From assembly GCA_964387845.1 (NCBI GenBank), contig CAYLXA010000002.1:160001-224000 (forward strand): a stretch of 64,000 nucleotides of DNA, read 5' to 3'. A model generated the notes under the pieces. That model was not told where the DNA came from. It saw nothing but the letters and a program-made list of their open reading frames with translations, and made no database searches. Shown in pieces: positions 9,722 through 21,022 of this stretch. The position numbers and the translations under genes were made by a program. This DNA comes from an uncultured bacterium (lineage in GTDB: Bacteria > Omnitrophota > Omnitrophia > Omnitrophales > Abzuiibacteriaceae). The stretch's first letter is position 1. Every line of letters begins with the position of its first letter.

Positions 9722-10479
9722 TGCTCGCAAAGCGCATTATTCCGTGCCTGGACGTACGTGACGGGCGAGTAGTGAAAGGCGTTCGCTTTATTGATTTGAT
9801 TGACGCCGGCGATCCGGTCGCATGCGCGAAAGCCTATGATAAAGCCAAGGCTGACGAGCTGGTTTTTTTGGACATCACCGCCTCGCACGAGCGGCGCTCG
9901 ACCTTGATTCGAATTGTCGAAAAAGTTGCTGAATCAATCTACATTCCGTTTACGGTAGGTGGCGGCATCCGGAACGTGGAAGATATCCGAGCATTGCTGA
10001 AAGCCGGCTGCGATAAGGTATCGCTCAACACAAAAGCAATCGAAAATCCGAATTTGGTACGCCAAGCCAGTAAAAGGTTTGGAAGCCAGTGTATCGTGGT
10101 CGCCATTGATGCCAAGCAAAGCGCGCGCAATCGCTGGACGGTTTACACACACGGCGGGCGTAATCCAACCCGGTGGGATGCTGTCAAATGGGCGAAGCAT
10201 GTTGAAAAGCTCGGCGCAGGCGAAATTTTGCTTACCAGCATGGATTGTGATGGCACAAAAAATGGTTATGATTTGGCATTAACCCGGGCGGTTTCATCCG
10301 CCGTTCGAATTCCGGTGATTGCCTCCGGCGGCGCGGGAAAGTTGCAACATCTGCATGACGCATTCACAAAAGGAAAAGCGGATGCGGTTTTAGCGGCTTC
10401 GATTTTCCATTTTGGAAAATTTACGATACCGGAAGCCAAACAATATTTGAAAAAGAAAAAAGTAGAAGTCAGGCTTTAA
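9721..10479 (+). CDS. hisF: Imidazole glycerol phosphate synthase cyclase subunit
   Basis: [23 protein letters not shown]...VVAIDAK...ASGGAG HisF signature; start at 9721 (MLAKR) rather than the in-frame upstream 9517. Confidence 0.92.
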   Translation: MLAKRIIPCLDVRDGRVVKGVRFIDLIDAGDPVACAKAYDKAKADELVFLDITASHERRSTLIRIVEKVAESIYIPFTVGGGIRNVEDIRALLKAGCDKVSLNTKAIENPNLVRQASKRFGSQCIVVAIDAKQSARNRWTVYTHGGRNPTRWDAVKWAKHVEKLGAGEILLTSMDCDGTKNGYDLALTRAVSSAVRIPVIASGGAGKLQHLHDAFTKGKADAVLAASIFHFGKFTIPEAKQYLKKKKVEVRL

Positions 10480-10502
10480 TTGGATACTGAGAAAGGATTT
10501 CA

Positions 10503-10874
10503 ATGATTAAGTTCAAGTTTAATGAAGACGGTTTAATGCCGGCCATCGTGCAGGAAAAAAAGACGGGGCAAGTCTTGATGCTGGCTTACGTCAACAAAAA
10601 GTCCCTCCAAGTTATGATGAAGAAGAAGTATACGTATTTTTATTCACGCTCCCGCAAAAAATTTTGGATGAAAGGTGAAACTTCAGGGCATGTACAAAAA
10701 GTGCTTTCAATTAAAACCGATTGCGACCGCGATACGATTCTCATTGAAGTAGAGCAGGTCGGTGCGGCGTGCCACTTGGGCTATCACTCCTGCTTCGTTC
10801 ACTTGTTAGACGCCAAAGGCAACATCAAACGCGTCACCGAAAAGCGCGAATTTGACCCAAAGTCGATTTATTAA
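10503..10874 (+). CDS. hisI: Phosphoribosyl-AMP cyclohydrolase (monofunctional, no HisE domain)
   Basis: 123 aa; [25 protein letters not shown]...[20 protein letters not shown]...[10 protein letters not shown]...CHLGYHSCF. Confidence 0.9.
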   Translation: MIKFKFNEDGLMPAIVQEKKTGQVLMLAYVNKKSLQVMMKKKYTYFYSRSRKKFWMKGETSGHVQKVLSIKTDCDRDTILIEVEQVGAACHLGYHSCFVHLLDAKGNIKRVTEKREFDPKSIY

Positions 10875-12358
10875 TGAACATCCAGCCGGACTACGCTCAA
10901 TTTACCAAGCTCGCCGCACAGGGAAATCTCATCCCTGTGTTTGCCGAAGAGTTGGCCGATCTTGAAACGCCGGTATCTTTGTTTCTTAAAATTGCCGGAA
11001 AAGATCCCCACGCTTTTCTGCTTGAATCCGCCGAATATGAGGAAAGTATCGGGCGCTACTCCTTGGTTGGCGCTCAGCCCGGCTCCGTGATTGAATTAAA
11101 GAAAAACCTCTTCACGGTCAAGAGCGCCGGCAGGTTAAAACGGATCAAAATCACATCCAAAGAAGACGCGTTAAGCGCATTTAACAATATTCTCAAATCT
11201 TACCGCTTTGTTCGAAATCCGAAACTGCCGTCGTTTGTCGGCGGCTTTGTTGGATTTCTGGGCTATGAATTCGTGACGTTTTGTGATGATATTCGCCTAC
11301 GGAGCAAACCCGGACTCGGCACGCCGGATGCCTTACTCCTCATGACGCAGAATTTGGCAGTGTATGATCACTTCGAACACAAGATTAAGTTAATCCATCT
11401 CGCGGATACCCGCACAAAATCGCCCAAGCAGGCATATACGGACGCAGAATACGCAATCAAAACCATGCAGCATAAAATCAACACGCAGCGAATACCCGCA
11501 GCACTGGAAGCAACTCGAAAAAAATCGAAATCTGTTGCAATTAAATCCAATGTTACCAAAAAGACTTTCACCGCGAGTGTCGGAAAGATCAAAGCTTACA
11601 TACGAGCCGGTGATTGTATTCAAACTGTTCTATCTCAGCGTTTCGAGCTCCCTCGAATCAAAAATGATTTTGCGGTCTACCGGGCGCTTAGGTCGCTTAA
11701 TCCATCGCCGTACATGTTTTATTTTCGGAGCGGTTCGCTGCGGCTAGTGGGCTCATCCCCGGAAATGCTGGTCAAAAAGCAGGGGAGCACGGTCGAAACG
11801 CGTCCGATTGCCGGCACGCGCCCGCGCGGCCACGACGAAACATCCGACAAGCGGCTGGAAGAGAATTTAAAAGCCTCTAAAAAGGAAATGGCGGAACATC
11901 TCATGCTGGTTGACCTTGGAAGGAATGATTTGGGCCGCGTCTGCGATTACAAAAGTGTCAAAGTCCGGCACTTTGCCCAAGTCGAGCGTTTTTCTCACGT
12001 CATGCATTTGGTCAGCCATGTCGAAGGCAGGGCGCTTAAAAATAAAAGCCCGATGGAAATCATCAGCGCCTGTTATCCGGCCGGGACCGTTTCAGGAGCT
12101 CCGAAAATTCGTGCCATGCAGATTATTGATGAACTGGAACCCGAAAAGCGCGGGCCTTATGCGGGTGCCGTCGGTTACATCGGTTTTGACGGCGATTTTG
12201 ATCTTTGCATCACGATTCGTACAATTCTCATCGATGGCAAAAAAGCGTTTGTGCAGGCAGGTGCGGGAATTGTCAACGATTCAAATCCGGAAAAAGAATA
12301 CCAAGAAACAATCAACAAAGCCCGGGCGCTCATGCGTGCTGTCGAAATGGCAGGCTAA
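10874..12358 (+). CDS. trpE: Anthranilate synthase component I
   Basis: 494 aa; chorismate-binding domain motifs ([36 protein letters not shown]); ATG overlaps hisI stop (TAATG). Confidence 0.92.
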   Translation: MNIQPDYAQFTKLAAQGNLIPVFAEELADLETPVSLFLKIAGKDPHAFLLESAEYEESIGRYSLVGAQPGSVIELKKNLFTVKSAGRLKRIKITSKEDALSAFNNILKSYRFVRNPKLPSFVGGFVGFLGYEFVTFCDDIRLRSKPGLGTPDALLLMTQNLAVYDHFEHKIKLIHLADTRTKSPKQAYTDAEYAIKTMQHKINTQRIPAALEATRKKSKSVAIKSNVTKKTFTASVGKIKAYIRAGDCIQTVLSQRFELPRIKNDFAVYRALRSLNPSPYMFYFRSGSLRLVGSSPEMLVKKQGSTVETRPIAGTRPRGHDETSDKRLEENLKASKKEMAEHLMLVDLGRNDLGRVCDYKSVKVRHFAQVERFSHVMHLVSHVEGRALKNKSPMEIISACYPAGTVSGAPKIRAMQIIDELEPEKRGPYAGAVGYIGFDGDFDLCITIRTILIDGKKAFVQAGAGIVNDSNPEKEYQETINKARALMRAVEMAG

Positions 12359-12360
12359 CC

Positions 12361-12930
12361 ATGTTGCTCATGATCGATAACTACGATTCGTTCACGTATA
12401 ACCTCGTTCAATATTTTGGTGAATTGGGTGTCAAACTCAAAGTATTCCGGAACGACAAAATCTCAATTGCTCAAATCAAGCGCCTAGGCCCTACCAAGAT
12501 CGTGATTTCGCCGGGACCCTGCTCACCGAAAGAAGCGGGGATTTCCAATGAAGTCATCGCCTCTTTCAGTGGAAAGCTGCCGATTCTGGGTGTCTGTCTT
12601 GGGCATCAGTGCATCGGCCACGTTTTTGGCGGAAATGTGATCCGCGCCGCACGGATTATGCACGGCAAAACATCCGAAATTCATCATTCAAAAAAGGGTA
12701 TCTTCAAAGGAATGCCCGAGCCCTTTCAGGCCACGCGCTACCATTCGCTTCTAGTCGAGCGAAAATCGTTTCCGGAAGCATTGGACATCACGGCGTGGAC
12801 AAAAGAGAAAGAAGTGATGGGTCTCCAGCACAAAAAGCATGCAACCTTCGGCGTTCAATTTCATCCGGAGTCGATTCTAACCGAGCAGGGAAAACGGCTT
12901 CTCGCGAATTTCCTTAAAGTAAAAGGTTGA
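12361..12930 (+). CDS. trpG: Anthranilate synthase component II (glutamine amidotransferase)
   Basis: [23 protein letters not shown]...[10 protein letters not shown]...FHPES; ATG at 12361, 2 nt after trpE stop (the longer 12205 ORF is an in-frame overlap artefact). Confidence 0.92.
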   Translation: MLLMIDNYDSFTYNLVQYFGELGVKLKVFRNDKISIAQIKRLGPTKIVISPGPCSPKEAGISNEVIASFSGKLPILGVCLGHQCIGHVFGGNVIRAARIMHGKTSEIHHSKKGIFKGMPEPFQATRYHSLLVERKSFPEALDITAWTKEKEVMGLQHKKHATFGVQFHPESILTEQGKRLLANFLKVKG

Positions 12931-12997
12931 TTGACCGCTCGATATCTGCTGTAAAAAAAATCCCCCATTTTCTCGAATTGTGTTAAAATTACACACT

Positions 12998-14035
12998 ATG
13001 GCATTGGACAAAATAATTGATAAGCTATTGCTATATAACGACTTAGAGAATTCAAAGGCCCGCTTTGCCTTTCAGAATCTTCTAAACGGCAAATTGGACC
13101 AAAAGACAGCCAAAGCTCTCTTGGTTTTGCTCCGCCGAAAGGGTGAGACCGCCACCGAACTTTTTTCACTCATTCAGGCCGCTCGAATGAAAAACGGCAA
13201 ACGTGTCACGGTCCGAAGCAAGCAAAAAAATCTTTGCGATGCTTGTGGAACCGGCGGTGATGGGCAAAAAACATTCAATGTGTCGACGATTTCAAGCCTG
13301 GTTGCGGCCGGCGCAGGCGCCAAGATCGCTAAACACGGCAACCGTTCGATTACATCCAGCTGTGGGAGCTCGGATTTAATGGAAGCGCTTGGTGTCAAGC
13401 TCGACGCAACGCCAAAAGCCATCGCGCGTTCAATTGATCGATCCGGCATCGGTTATTTTCACGCCCCGCTTCACAGCAAAGCCTTTGCCAATGTTCAGGG
13501 AATTCGAAAGGAATTGGCGGCGCAAAAAATTAAAACCATTTTTAATATGGCCGGGCCCTTGCTGAATCCATTGCATGTAAAACGTCAAGTTGTTGGTGTT
13601 TATCATCCGCGAATGATTCCGATTGTTCTGAATACACTCAAAAAACTTGGCACAGTTCATGCAATCGTACTTTCCGGAAAAAATGGAACCGATGAACTCA
13701 CAACCTATCAACCGACTTTTACGGGTGAATTAAAAAAGGGCATCGTGCGGTATTTTAAAATCAATCCGAGCGCTTACGGTTTACGCACTGCAAACATCGC
13801 GCTCATGCGCGGCGGAAGTGCGGCAAAAAACCTCAAAATCGCCCTTGATCTACTAACCGGCCGTGACAAAAGCGCCCGCCGTGATGTGATTCTCGCAAAT
13901 GCGGGCCTCATTTTATATGTAAGTCAAAATGCCAAAAATTTACATGATGGAATCCGGAGGGCTGATCGGGCTCTCAAGTCCGGCAGGGCTCTGCGCGTCA
14001 TCGCTGAAATGAAAAAGGCAACCCATGCTGCTTGA
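12998..14035 (+). CDS. trpD: Anthranilate phosphoribosyltransferase
   Basis: LCDACGTGGDGQKTFNVSTISSLVAAGAGAKIAKHGNRSITSSCGSSD TrpD signature; start uncertain (ATG 12998 or GTG 12980). Confidence 0.88.
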   Translation: MALDKIIDKLLLYNDLENSKARFAFQNLLNGKLDQKTAKALLVLLRRKGETATELFSLIQAARMKNGKRVTVRSKQKNLCDACGTGGDGQKTFNVSTISSLVAAGAGAKIAKHGNRSITSSCGSSDLMEALGVKLDATPKAIARSIDRSGIGYFHAPLHSKAFANVQGIRKELAAQKIKTIFNMAGPLLNPLHVKRQVVGVYHPRMIPIVLNTLKKLGTVHAIVLSGKNGTDELTTYQPTFTGELKKGIVRYFKINPSAYGLRTANIALMRGGSAAKNLKIALDLLTGRDKSARRDVILANAGLILYVSQNAKNLHDGIRRADRALKSGRALRVIAEMKKATHAA

Positions 14036-14822
14036 TAAAATTGTTGCCAATAAAAAGCGCGAAATTGAAATTTTGAAGCGCCGCCGGCCCGTTTCTGAAT
14101 TGAAAAGACTTGGTGCCGAACGGCCGCATTCGGTGATTTCATTTCGAAAACAACTCCAATCGAGCGGAAAGCGAGCTAAACTTATCTGCGAGATGAAAAA
14201 AGCATCACCTTCGGAAGGCTTGATGCGGCGTGTGTATTTGCCCAGAAAAATTGCGGCGATTTACGAACGTGCCGGCGGCAGCGCCATTTCGGTTCTGACC
14301 GATCAAAAATATTTCAAGGGCTCTATTCACACGATTCGTCATATAAAAGCAGTGACAAAGCTTCCGGTTTTACGGAAGGATTTTCTGGTGGATGATTACC
14401 AGATTTATGAATCAGCAGCGTTTGGCGCTGATGCGATTTTGTTAATTGTCGCAATTTTATCGGATCAAGAATTGGCCCGGCTCCTTAAGCTTGCAAAAAA
14501 ACTCCGATTAGACGCACTGGTTGAAGCACACAACGAATCGGAAGTAAAACGCGCGGTTCGCGCCGGAGCAAACTTAATCGGAATTAATAACCGGAATTTG
14601 GATACACTCAGCATCAACTCAAAACATGCGGAAACGTTGATGAAGTTGATTCCCAAAAATGTGACCATTGTGGTCGAGAGCGGAATTCACACGCGGAAAG
14701 ATATCGAACGCTACCAAAAACTGGGCGCTCACGCGTTCCTCGTCGGAACGGCGTTTATGAAAGCGCCGGATATTTCAAAAAAAATGAGAGAGTTGATCGG
14801 AAACCATGGAACAGCCGTCTAA
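14025..14822 (+). CDS. trpC: Indole-3-glycerol phosphate synthase
   Basis: ICEMKKASPSEG...LRKDFLVDDYQIYESAAFGADAILLI...INNRNL IGPS motifs; overlaps trpD stop. Confidence 0.9.
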   Translation: MLLDKIVANKKREIEILKRRRPVSELKRLGAERPHSVISFRKQLQSSGKRAKLICEMKKASPSEGLMRRVYLPRKIAAIYERAGGSAISVLTDQKYFKGSIHTIRHIKAVTKLPVLRKDFLVDDYQIYESAAFGADAILLIVAILSDQELARLLKLAKKLRLDALVEAHNESEVKRAVRAGANLIGINNRNLDTLSINSKHAETLMKLIPKNVTIVVESGIHTRKDIERYQKLGAHAFLVGTAFMKAPDISKKMRELIGNHGTAV

Positions 14823-15438
14823 AATAAAAATTTGCGGGAATACAAACCTCAAAGATGCGGAGCTGGCCAAACAGCTGGGCGCCGATTTTCTCGGGTTTAT
14901 TTTCGCCAAAAGTCCGCGCAAAATCGAACCGCGCGATGCCGAGCCTATCATCCGCGCACTCGGTAATTTTGAAAATTTTGTTGGTGTTTTCGCCAATCAA
15001 CCCAAGCAGGAAGTCGAACAAATCGCATCCCAACTTCAGCTGAAATGGCTCCAGTTCCACGGTGAAGAAACAAGCCGCTATTGCGATTACTTCACGGAAA
15101 AGAAATACAAAGTGATTAAATCATTTAGGATCAAAGATAGGCTCAGCCTAAAACGGCTTGACGAATACAACGTCGACGCCTTTTTGTTTGATACCTATTC
15201 TGCCAAATCATTGGGCGGGACCGGTGAAACCTTTGACTGGACCATTATTGACGACAAGCCGCATGTCCGTGACAGGTTATTTTTGGCCGGCGGGCTTTCG
15301 GTGGATAACGTTCAAGAAGCAATCCGGAAAACGCAGCCCTACGCCATTGATGTCGCAAGCGGCGTTGAAAAAGAGCCGGGCAAAAAAGATCCTGCTTTGC
15401 TTCGAAAATTCATGGAACTTGCAAGGGGAGTGAAATAA
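14806..15438 (+). CDS. trpF: Phosphoribosylanthranilate isomerase
   Basis: KIKICGNTNLKDAELAKQLGADFLGFIF...DVASGVE PRAI fold; overlaps trpC stop; trpB/trpA are not in the window. Confidence 0.85.
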   Translation: MEQPSKIKICGNTNLKDAELAKQLGADFLGFIFAKSPRKIEPRDAEPIIRALGNFENFVGVFANQPKQEVEQIASQLQLKWLQFHGEETSRYCDYFTEKKYKVIKSFRIKDRLSLKRLDEYNVDAFLFDTYSAKSLGGTGETFDWTIIDDKPHVRDRLFLAGGLSVDNVQEAIRKTQPYAIDVASGVEKEPGKKDPALLRKFMELARGVK

Positions 15439-15441
15439 CCC

Positions 15442-16632
15442 ATGGCAAACCGTCATTTCTTGACCAAAGCGATTGAAAAAATCGGAAAAGTCGACAAGCA
15501 AAATTTAGAACAGCTTGTCATCAGTCTCCGCCATGAGGCGCATTTTCTGCATGAATTGCTGAGCCGTATCCAGGAAGGCGTCATGGTGGTCAGCTCAAAA
15601 CTTGAAGTCAGATTTTTAAACCGAAAAGCCCAGCTCATTGTCGGCAGCTCCAGCCTTCTCAGGCATCACGAAACCGTGCGGGACATTGTCGAGGACGAAG
15701 GGCTCCGAGCGTTGATTGAAAAAACGGTTGAATCCGGCCAAGAAATTTATGACACCCCGGTCGATTTGTACATTCCGCGGCACGCCCAGCTCAATGTGTC
15801 CATTTTAAAATTTGAGCCAAGCCCCGGTGAAGCGCAAACCGAATGGAAAAAATTCTATATCGTCTTATTAACCCGGCAATCGGCTGCCGAAGAGCGGGAG
15901 CTTGAAAGAGCGCGCCACGAAAAAATGAATTCAGTCATCAGTCTGGCGGACGGCATTGCGCATGAAATCGGAAACCCGCTCAATTCAATCAATATTCATT
16001 TGCAACTGCTTTTAAGCGACATCGAGAAACTTCCGAAAAAAGAGCAGGCCGCGATTCGAAAAACCGCGCAAATCGTAGCGGATGAAACCAAGCGGCTGGA
16101 TTCAATTATCCGTAATTTCTTAAAAGCAAGCCGCCGAAAACCGATTGAATTCCGATCAACTCAGATCAACGACATTCTGAATCACGTTCTCGAGCTTTTA
16201 AAACCCGAAATCGTCAACAATCGGATTCAAGTAAAAACTTCTTTTGATTCTGCGCTGCCCAAATTTTTAATTGATGAAGACCGTTTGAGCCAAGTGTATG
16301 TGAATTTGATGCGCAATGCCATTCAGGCCATGCCGAAGGGCGGAAGGCTTGCAGTCTCGACGCAGATGCATAAGCGGCTTTGTATCACACAAATCGCAGA
16401 CACCGGAGTCGGCATTTCGAAAAAAGACATCCCAAAAATTTTTGACGCGTATTACACCACCAAAGAAGAGGGGAGCGGTTTGGGCTTGATGATTGCTTAC
16501 CAAATCATCGGGGAGCACGGTGGAAAAATCGAAATTGAAAGCAAATTGGGCAAAGGAACGGTCGTCACGGTCCTTCTACCGATCCGGACTGAAAAGCTGC
16601 AGCTCACCGGCCCAAAAAGGAGCAGGGAATAA
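15442..16632 (+). CDS. Cytoplasmic sensor histidine kinase (NtrB-like: PAS + HisKA + HATPase_c)
   Basis: No TM segments; H-box SLADGIAHEIGNPLNSI, N-box YVNLMRNAIQAM, G1/G2 boxes DTGVGI...GSGLGL; starts 4 nt after trpF stop. Confidence 0.85.
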   Translation: MANRHFLTKAIEKIGKVDKQNLEQLVISLRHEAHFLHELLSRIQEGVMVVSSKLEVRFLNRKAQLIVGSSSLLRHHETVRDIVEDEGLRALIEKTVESGQEIYDTPVDLYIPRHAQLNVSILKFEPSPGEAQTEWKKFYIVLLTRQSAAEERELERARHEKMNSVISLADGIAHEIGNPLNSINIHLQLLLSDIEKLPKKEQAAIRKTAQIVADETKRLDSIIRNFLKASRRKPIEFRSTQINDILNHVLELLKPEIVNNRIQVKTSFDSALPKFLIDEDRLSQVYVNLMRNAIQAMPKGGRLAVSTQMHKRLCITQIADTGVGISKKDIPKIFDAYYTTKEEGSGLGLMIAYQIIGEHGGKIEIESKLGKGTVVTVLLPIRTEKLQLTGPKRSRE

Positions 16633-18021
16633 ATGGAACATTTAAACAGCGGTATTTTGATTGTCGACGATGAAAAGAATACGCGTGAAGGGCTTCAGCG
16701 ATTTTTGGAGCAAAAGGGCTATGAAGCCCATGTTGCAGAAAATGGCGAAGAAGCGCTCAAGCTGGCCAAAGAACTCAATCCGGACATCACGCTGCTGGAT
16801 CTCCGCATGCCCGGAATGGACGGCATGCACTTGCTTCACCGGCTCAAAGCCGGACATCCAAAAATGGTTGTACTCATGCTGACTGCGTACGGGACCGTTG
16901 AAACGGCGGTTCAAGCCATGAAGGCCGGTGCGTATTACTACCTAACAAAACCGGTCAATTTGGATGAGCTGGAACTCATTCTCCGAAAAGCGATTCGCGA
17001 GCAATCGCTCGAGCATGAAAATCAGAATTTACGCCAAGATTTAATCCGCGAAAAGTTTGAAGAAGGAAAAATCGTAGGCGAATCGCCTGTGATTAAAAAA
17101 TTAATCGACATGGCCAAACAAATCGCAGGTTCCGCCGCTACGGTTTTGATTCAAGGCGAAAGCGGAACGGGAAAAGAACTGTTTGCGCATATGATCCATG
17201 ATCACAGCCCCCGAAAAGGCAAGCCATTCATCACGGTTCATTGCGCGGCGCTCACCGAAACTTTGCTTGCCAGCGAACTCTTCGGACACGAACGCGGTGC
17301 ATTTACCGGTGCAACGGAGCGAAAAATCGGCCGGTTTGAACGCGCTGACAGCGGGACGCTTTTCCTGGATGAGATCGGCGAAATTTCGGAAGAAACGCAG
17401 GTGAAGCTTCTCAGGTTTCTTCAAGAAGGCGAATTTGAACGCGTCGGAAGCTCTAAAACCATGAAAGTTGATGTGCGCCTAATTTGCGCAACCAATAAAG
17501 ATTTGAAAAGCGAAGTCGCCGCCGGGCGATTTCGTGAAGATTTATTTTACCGGATCAATGTTATTCCGCTGACTATTCCACCGCTTCGAGAACGCGGCCA
17601 GGATATTCCGCTTTTAGCGAATTATTACGTCCGTTATTTCAGCCGGCAAAATCAGAAAAAAATCTCAGGCATAGCACCGGAAGCATTGCAAAAACTGCAA
17701 AGCTACTCCTGGCCCGGCAACATCCGTGAACTCCGCAATATCATTGAGCGGGCAGTGGTGTTGGCCAAATCGGATAAAATCGAACTTCAAAATATTCCCG
17801 ATGACTTGGAGGGTTCTTCTGTGATTAAACGGCCTTCGGAATCGCTGCAAAAAGCGGAAACCGATAACGGTGTCCGGCTCACAGCGCTTGAAAAATTGGC
17901 CATTGAACGCGCACTGAAAAATGTTAACGGCAACAAATCTTTAGCCGCCAAAGAACTTGGCATTTCACGCCGAACGCTTTATCGCAAGCTTGAAGAATAC
18001 AACATTGGTGATTCAAAATGA
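16633..18021 (+). CDS. Sigma54-dependent response regulator (NtrC family: REC + AAA+ sigma54 activator + Fis-type HTH)
   Basis: REC domain ([10 protein letters not shown]...[11 protein letters not shown]), Walker [15 protein letters not shown] sigma54-contact motif, C-terminal HTH ([21 protein letters not shown]). Confidence 0.9.
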   Translation: MEHLNSGILIVDDEKNTREGLQRFLEQKGYEAHVAENGEEALKLAKELNPDITLLDLRMPGMDGMHLLHRLKAGHPKMVVLMLTAYGTVETAVQAMKAGAYYYLTKPVNLDELELILRKAIREQSLEHENQNLRQDLIREKFEEGKIVGESPVIKKLIDMAKQIAGSAATVLIQGESGTGKELFAHMIHDHSPRKGKPFITVHCAALTETLLASELFGHERGAFTGATERKIGRFERADSGTLFLDEIGEISEETQVKLLRFLQEGEFERVGSSKTMKVDVRLICATNKDLKSEVAAGRFREDLFYRINVIPLTIPPLRERGQDIPLLANYYVRYFSRQNQKKISGIAPEALQKLQSYSWPGNIRELRNIIERAVVLAKSDKIELQNIPDDLEGSSVIKRPSESLQKAETDNGVRLTALEKLAIERALKNVNGNKSLAAKELGISRRTLYRKLEEYNIGDSK

Positions 18022-18139
18022 CACACTCTCGTTGTGTCATCCCGACAAAATCTGCCAAAAATATTCTCCAATCAAAATCTGACTATACATAAGTCATTTA
18101 TTAACAATAACTTACATAAATTAATATTTACAATCGATT

Positions 18140-18155
18140 TGGCATGTAATTTGTT
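18140..18155 (+). promoter_or_regulatory. Candidate sigma54 -24/-12 element upstream of dnaK (imperfect)
   Basis: TGGCAT-gtaat-TTGTT versus consensus TGGCAC-N5-TTGCW; GG at -24 present, -12 has GT instead of GC; lies about 60 nt upstream of the dnaK ATG and directly downstream of a sigma54 activator gene. Confidence 0.25.
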
Positions 18156-18215
18156 CTAATAGAGATAAGATTTGGGCTGTCAAAATAAGCAAAATTGAAA
18201 AGGAGCGGTACTGAA

Positions 18216-20144
18216 ATGGCAAAAATTTTAGGCATTGACCTCGGAACAACAAACTCATGCATGGCCGTGATGGAAGGCGGGGAAGCGAAAGTAATCGCCA
18301 ACAAAGAAGGGAACCGGACAACACCTTCTGTTGTGGGATTTTCAAAATCAGGCGAACGCTACGTCGGACAAGCCGCCAAGCGCCAGGCAATCACCAATCC
18401 TGAAAATACAGTGTTCAGCGCAAAACGGTTCATCGGACGCCGGACCAGTGAAGTCGATCGCGAAGTAAAATTGGTTCCTTACAAAATCGCATCAGGCAAG
18501 CACAGCGAAGCAGTGTTCAATATTGCAGGTCGCGAATATACGCCGCCCGAAATTTCGGCGATGGTTTTGCAAAAACTCAAAAGCGACGCGGAAGCTTACT
18601 TGGGTGAAAAAATAGAAAAAGCAGTCATCACAGTTCCCGCTTACTTTAACGACTCACAGCGCCAAGCCACCAAAGATGCGGGCCAAATTGCTGGGCTCGA
18701 GGTAGTTCGCATTATCAATGAACCTACCGCAGCTGCGCTCGCATACGGACTTGATAAAAAGAAAGACGAGCGCATCGCGGTTTACGATTTGGGCGGCGGC
18801 ACGTTCGACATTTCTATTTTGGAGCTGGGCGACGGTGTTTTTGAAGTCAAAGCCACGAACGGCGACACACATCTGGGTGGCGACGATTTCGATCAGCGCG
18901 TCATCGAATGGCTCATTGCCGAATTCAAGAAGCAGGAAGGAATTGATTTGTCAAAAGACCGCATGGCGCTTCAACGGTTAAAAGAAGCCGCCGAGAAGGC
19001 CAAATGCGAACTTTCCACATCACAGACATCCGAAATCAATCTGCCGTTCATTACGGCTGATGCCACAGGCCCCAAACATTTGGTTGTGTCGCTTTCGCGT
19101 GCCAAATTAGAGCAGCTGGTTCAGGACTTAATTGAACGCACTGCAGGCCCTTGCGAAAAATGTCTGCGAGATTCCGGAATTTCAGTGGATAAAATCGACG
19201 AAGTCATTTTGGTCGGCGGACAAACCCGGATGCCGGCTGTGATCGACATGGTGAAGAAAATTTTCAAAAAAGATCCGCATCAGGGGGTCAATCCCGATGA
19301 AGTCGTGGCGGTCGGTGCCGCGATTCAAGGCGGCGTTTTGGCCGGCGAAGTGCGTGACGTGCTGCTTTTAGACGTAACACCGCTTTCTCTTGGCATTGAA
19401 ACGTTGGGCGGAGTGATGACAAAGTTAATCGAACGAAATACCACAATTCCGACTAAAAAATCCGAAATTTTCTCGACGGCAGCCGACAATCAAACCGCTG
19501 TCACAGTGAAAGTGCTGCAAGGGGAGCGGGAAATGGCAAACGATAACCGCGTGCTGGGACTTTTCAATTTAGAAGGCATTCCGCCGGCACCGCGCGGCGT
19601 TCCTCAGGTTGAGGTAACGTTTGATATCGACGCCAACGGTATTGTTCATGTTTCGGCAAAAGATCTCGGAACCGGGAAAGAACAAAAAATCCGGATCGAA
19701 TCATCTTCCGGTCTCAGCAAAGACGAAGTCGAAAAACTCGTCAAAGAAGCGCAAACACATGCCGCGGACGATAAAAAGAAGCACGAACTGATTCAGTCGC
19801 GGAACAATCTCGACAATTTGATCTACGCCACCGAAAAGAGCTTGAAAGATTATGGCGACAAGGTAAGCGCAGATGAAAAGTCAAAGATTGAAGAGGCGCT
19901 CAAAGAAGCAAAAGAGACATTGAGCAAAGACGACGCGGAACTCCTCAAAAAAGCCGCTGAAAAACTGGCCGCCGCCTCGCACGGAATCGCGCAAAAGATG
20001 TATGAGGATGCCGCGAAAAAGCAGGGCGCTAAGGCCGGTGATCAACCTCAGGGAGAAGCGGGTTCTGAGAGCGGTAAAAAAGGTGATGTGGTCGACGCAG
20101 ATTTTGAAGTCGTCGATGAGGATGAAAAGAAACGCAAATCCTGA
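18216..20144 (+). CDS. dnaK: Chaperone DnaK (Hsp70)
   Basis: [18 protein letters not shown]..., DLGGGTFD, Hsp70 signatures throughout; AAGGAG RBS upstream of ATG 18216; no grpE/dnaJ adjacent. Confidence 0.95.
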   Translation: MAKILGIDLGTTNSCMAVMEGGEAKVIANKEGNRTTPSVVGFSKSGERYVGQAAKRQAITNPENTVFSAKRFIGRRTSEVDREVKLVPYKIASGKHSEAVFNIAGREYTPPEISAMVLQKLKSDAEAYLGEKIEKAVITVPAYFNDSQRQATKDAGQIAGLEVVRIINEPTAAALAYGLDKKKDERIAVYDLGGGTFDISILELGDGVFEVKATNGDTHLGGDDFDQRVIEWLIAEFKKQEGIDLSKDRMALQRLKEAAEKAKCELSTSQTSEINLPFITADATGPKHLVVSLSRAKLEQLVQDLIERTAGPCEKCLRDSGISVDKIDEVILVGGQTRMPAVIDMVKKIFKKDPHQGVNPDEVVAVGAAIQGGVLAGEVRDVLLLDVTPLSLGIETLGGVMTKLIERNTTIPTKKSEIFSTAADNQTAVTVKVLQGEREMANDNRVLGLFNLEGIPPAPRGVPQVEVTFDIDANGIVHVSAKDLGTGKEQKIRIESSSGLSKDEVEKLVKEAQTHAADDKKKHELIQSRNNLDNLIYATEKSLKDYGDKVSADEKSKIEEALKEAKETLSKDDAELLKKAAEKLAAASHGIAQKMYEDAAKKQGAKAGDQPQGEAGSESGKKGDVVDADFEVVDEDEKKRKS

Positions 20145-20166
20145 CTTGTAGAATTTAGGATGGAAT

Positions 20167-20997
20167 ATGATGCACAAAGGTCGGCGAATTCAATTGGGCT
20201 TGCTGGCCTTTGTGCTTTTTTTCATCATCATAATCAACCCATCTCGGCTTGCCGCGGACGCGGCGCTGAAATCTTCTTTTCAATACGTACCCCAAAACTC
20301 ATCGCTCGCGATTGACCAAACCGTTACTTTGCAAGTATCGCTTCAGTGGTCGGGCAGCGAAGATCAATACCGGTTCGCGGTGCCTTCCATTTCAGCAAAA
20401 AATTTCGAACTCCTGCGCATAGGCCAAACCATCAAGCGGGAAGATGGATTCTTTCGGAAAGAGTTTGAATACGAATTCAAACCACTCAAGACCGGTTCTG
20501 CCGAAATTCCGGCCTTTCAAATTCCGTATACTTGCGATCCGAATTGTGATTCCGGCACGATTACCGTCGCCAGTAAAACATTTCAAATTACAGCGCCACG
20601 CAAATCTCGTGCACTTTGGTTAATATCGCTTATAATATTTGCTGTTTGTGCGCCGGTTGCGTTTTTTGTTTGGAAGAGACTGAACCGATCAGCGCCGAAT
20701 GCGTCTAATCCGATTAATGCAGATTCCGATCCGAAAGCCGTATGGATGCAAAAATTGGCAGAAATCGAAAGCGCTGATCAGACTCATCGAGAAAAAATAG
20801 CGGCACTTTCAAGGCTGCTGACACGATATAGTAAAGAAAAGCAGATAAGCAATGCAGACAGAGGGTTCAGCGCGCTTTTGTCATCACTAGAACAAATGAA
20901 ATTTTCAGGTTCCAATCTGAGCGAGTCTGATTTGAAAAATACTGTAAATCGGGTAAAATCATTCATTGAAAGCAATCAAGTAACCATGCCTTCATAA
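20167..20997 (+). CDS. Hypothetical exported/membrane protein (signal peptide + beta-rich ectodomain + 1 TM + cytoplasmic helical tail); paralog-like of the 22899 gene
   Basis: N-terminal hydrophobic signal, TM LWLISLIIFAVCAPVAFFVW at about aa 155, same architecture as the protein between DUF58 and the VWA genes. Confidence 0.5.
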   Translation: MMHKGRRIQLGLLAFVLFFIIIINPSRLAADAALKSSFQYVPQNSSLAIDQTVTLQVSLQWSGSEDQYRFAVPSISAKNFELLRIGQTIKREDGFFRKEFEYEFKPLKTGSAEIPAFQIPYTCDPNCDSGTITVASKTFQITAPRKSRALWLISLIIFAVCAPVAFFVWKRLNRSAPNASNPINADSDPKAVWMQKLAEIESADQTHREKIAALSRLLTRYSKEKQISNADRGFSALLSSLEQMKFSGSNLSESDLKNTVNRVKSFIESNQVTMPS

Positions 20998-21022
20998 TTC
21001 AGAATTCAACAAGGAGACAGCA

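Noticed and set aside
12979-12997. Imperfect inverted repeat TGTGTTAAAATTACACA in the trpG-trpD gap, considered as an operator
   Set aside because: Imperfect symmetry and no known cognate regulator motif; could simply be part of the trpD start region
18022-18215. Searched for HrcA CIRCE (TTAGCACTC-N9-GAGTGCTAA) or HspR HAIR upstream of dnaK; found only a short dyad TGACT-N7-AGTCA at 18080-18096
   Set aside because: No CIRCE/HAIR match; a 5-bp dyad is too short to call an operator
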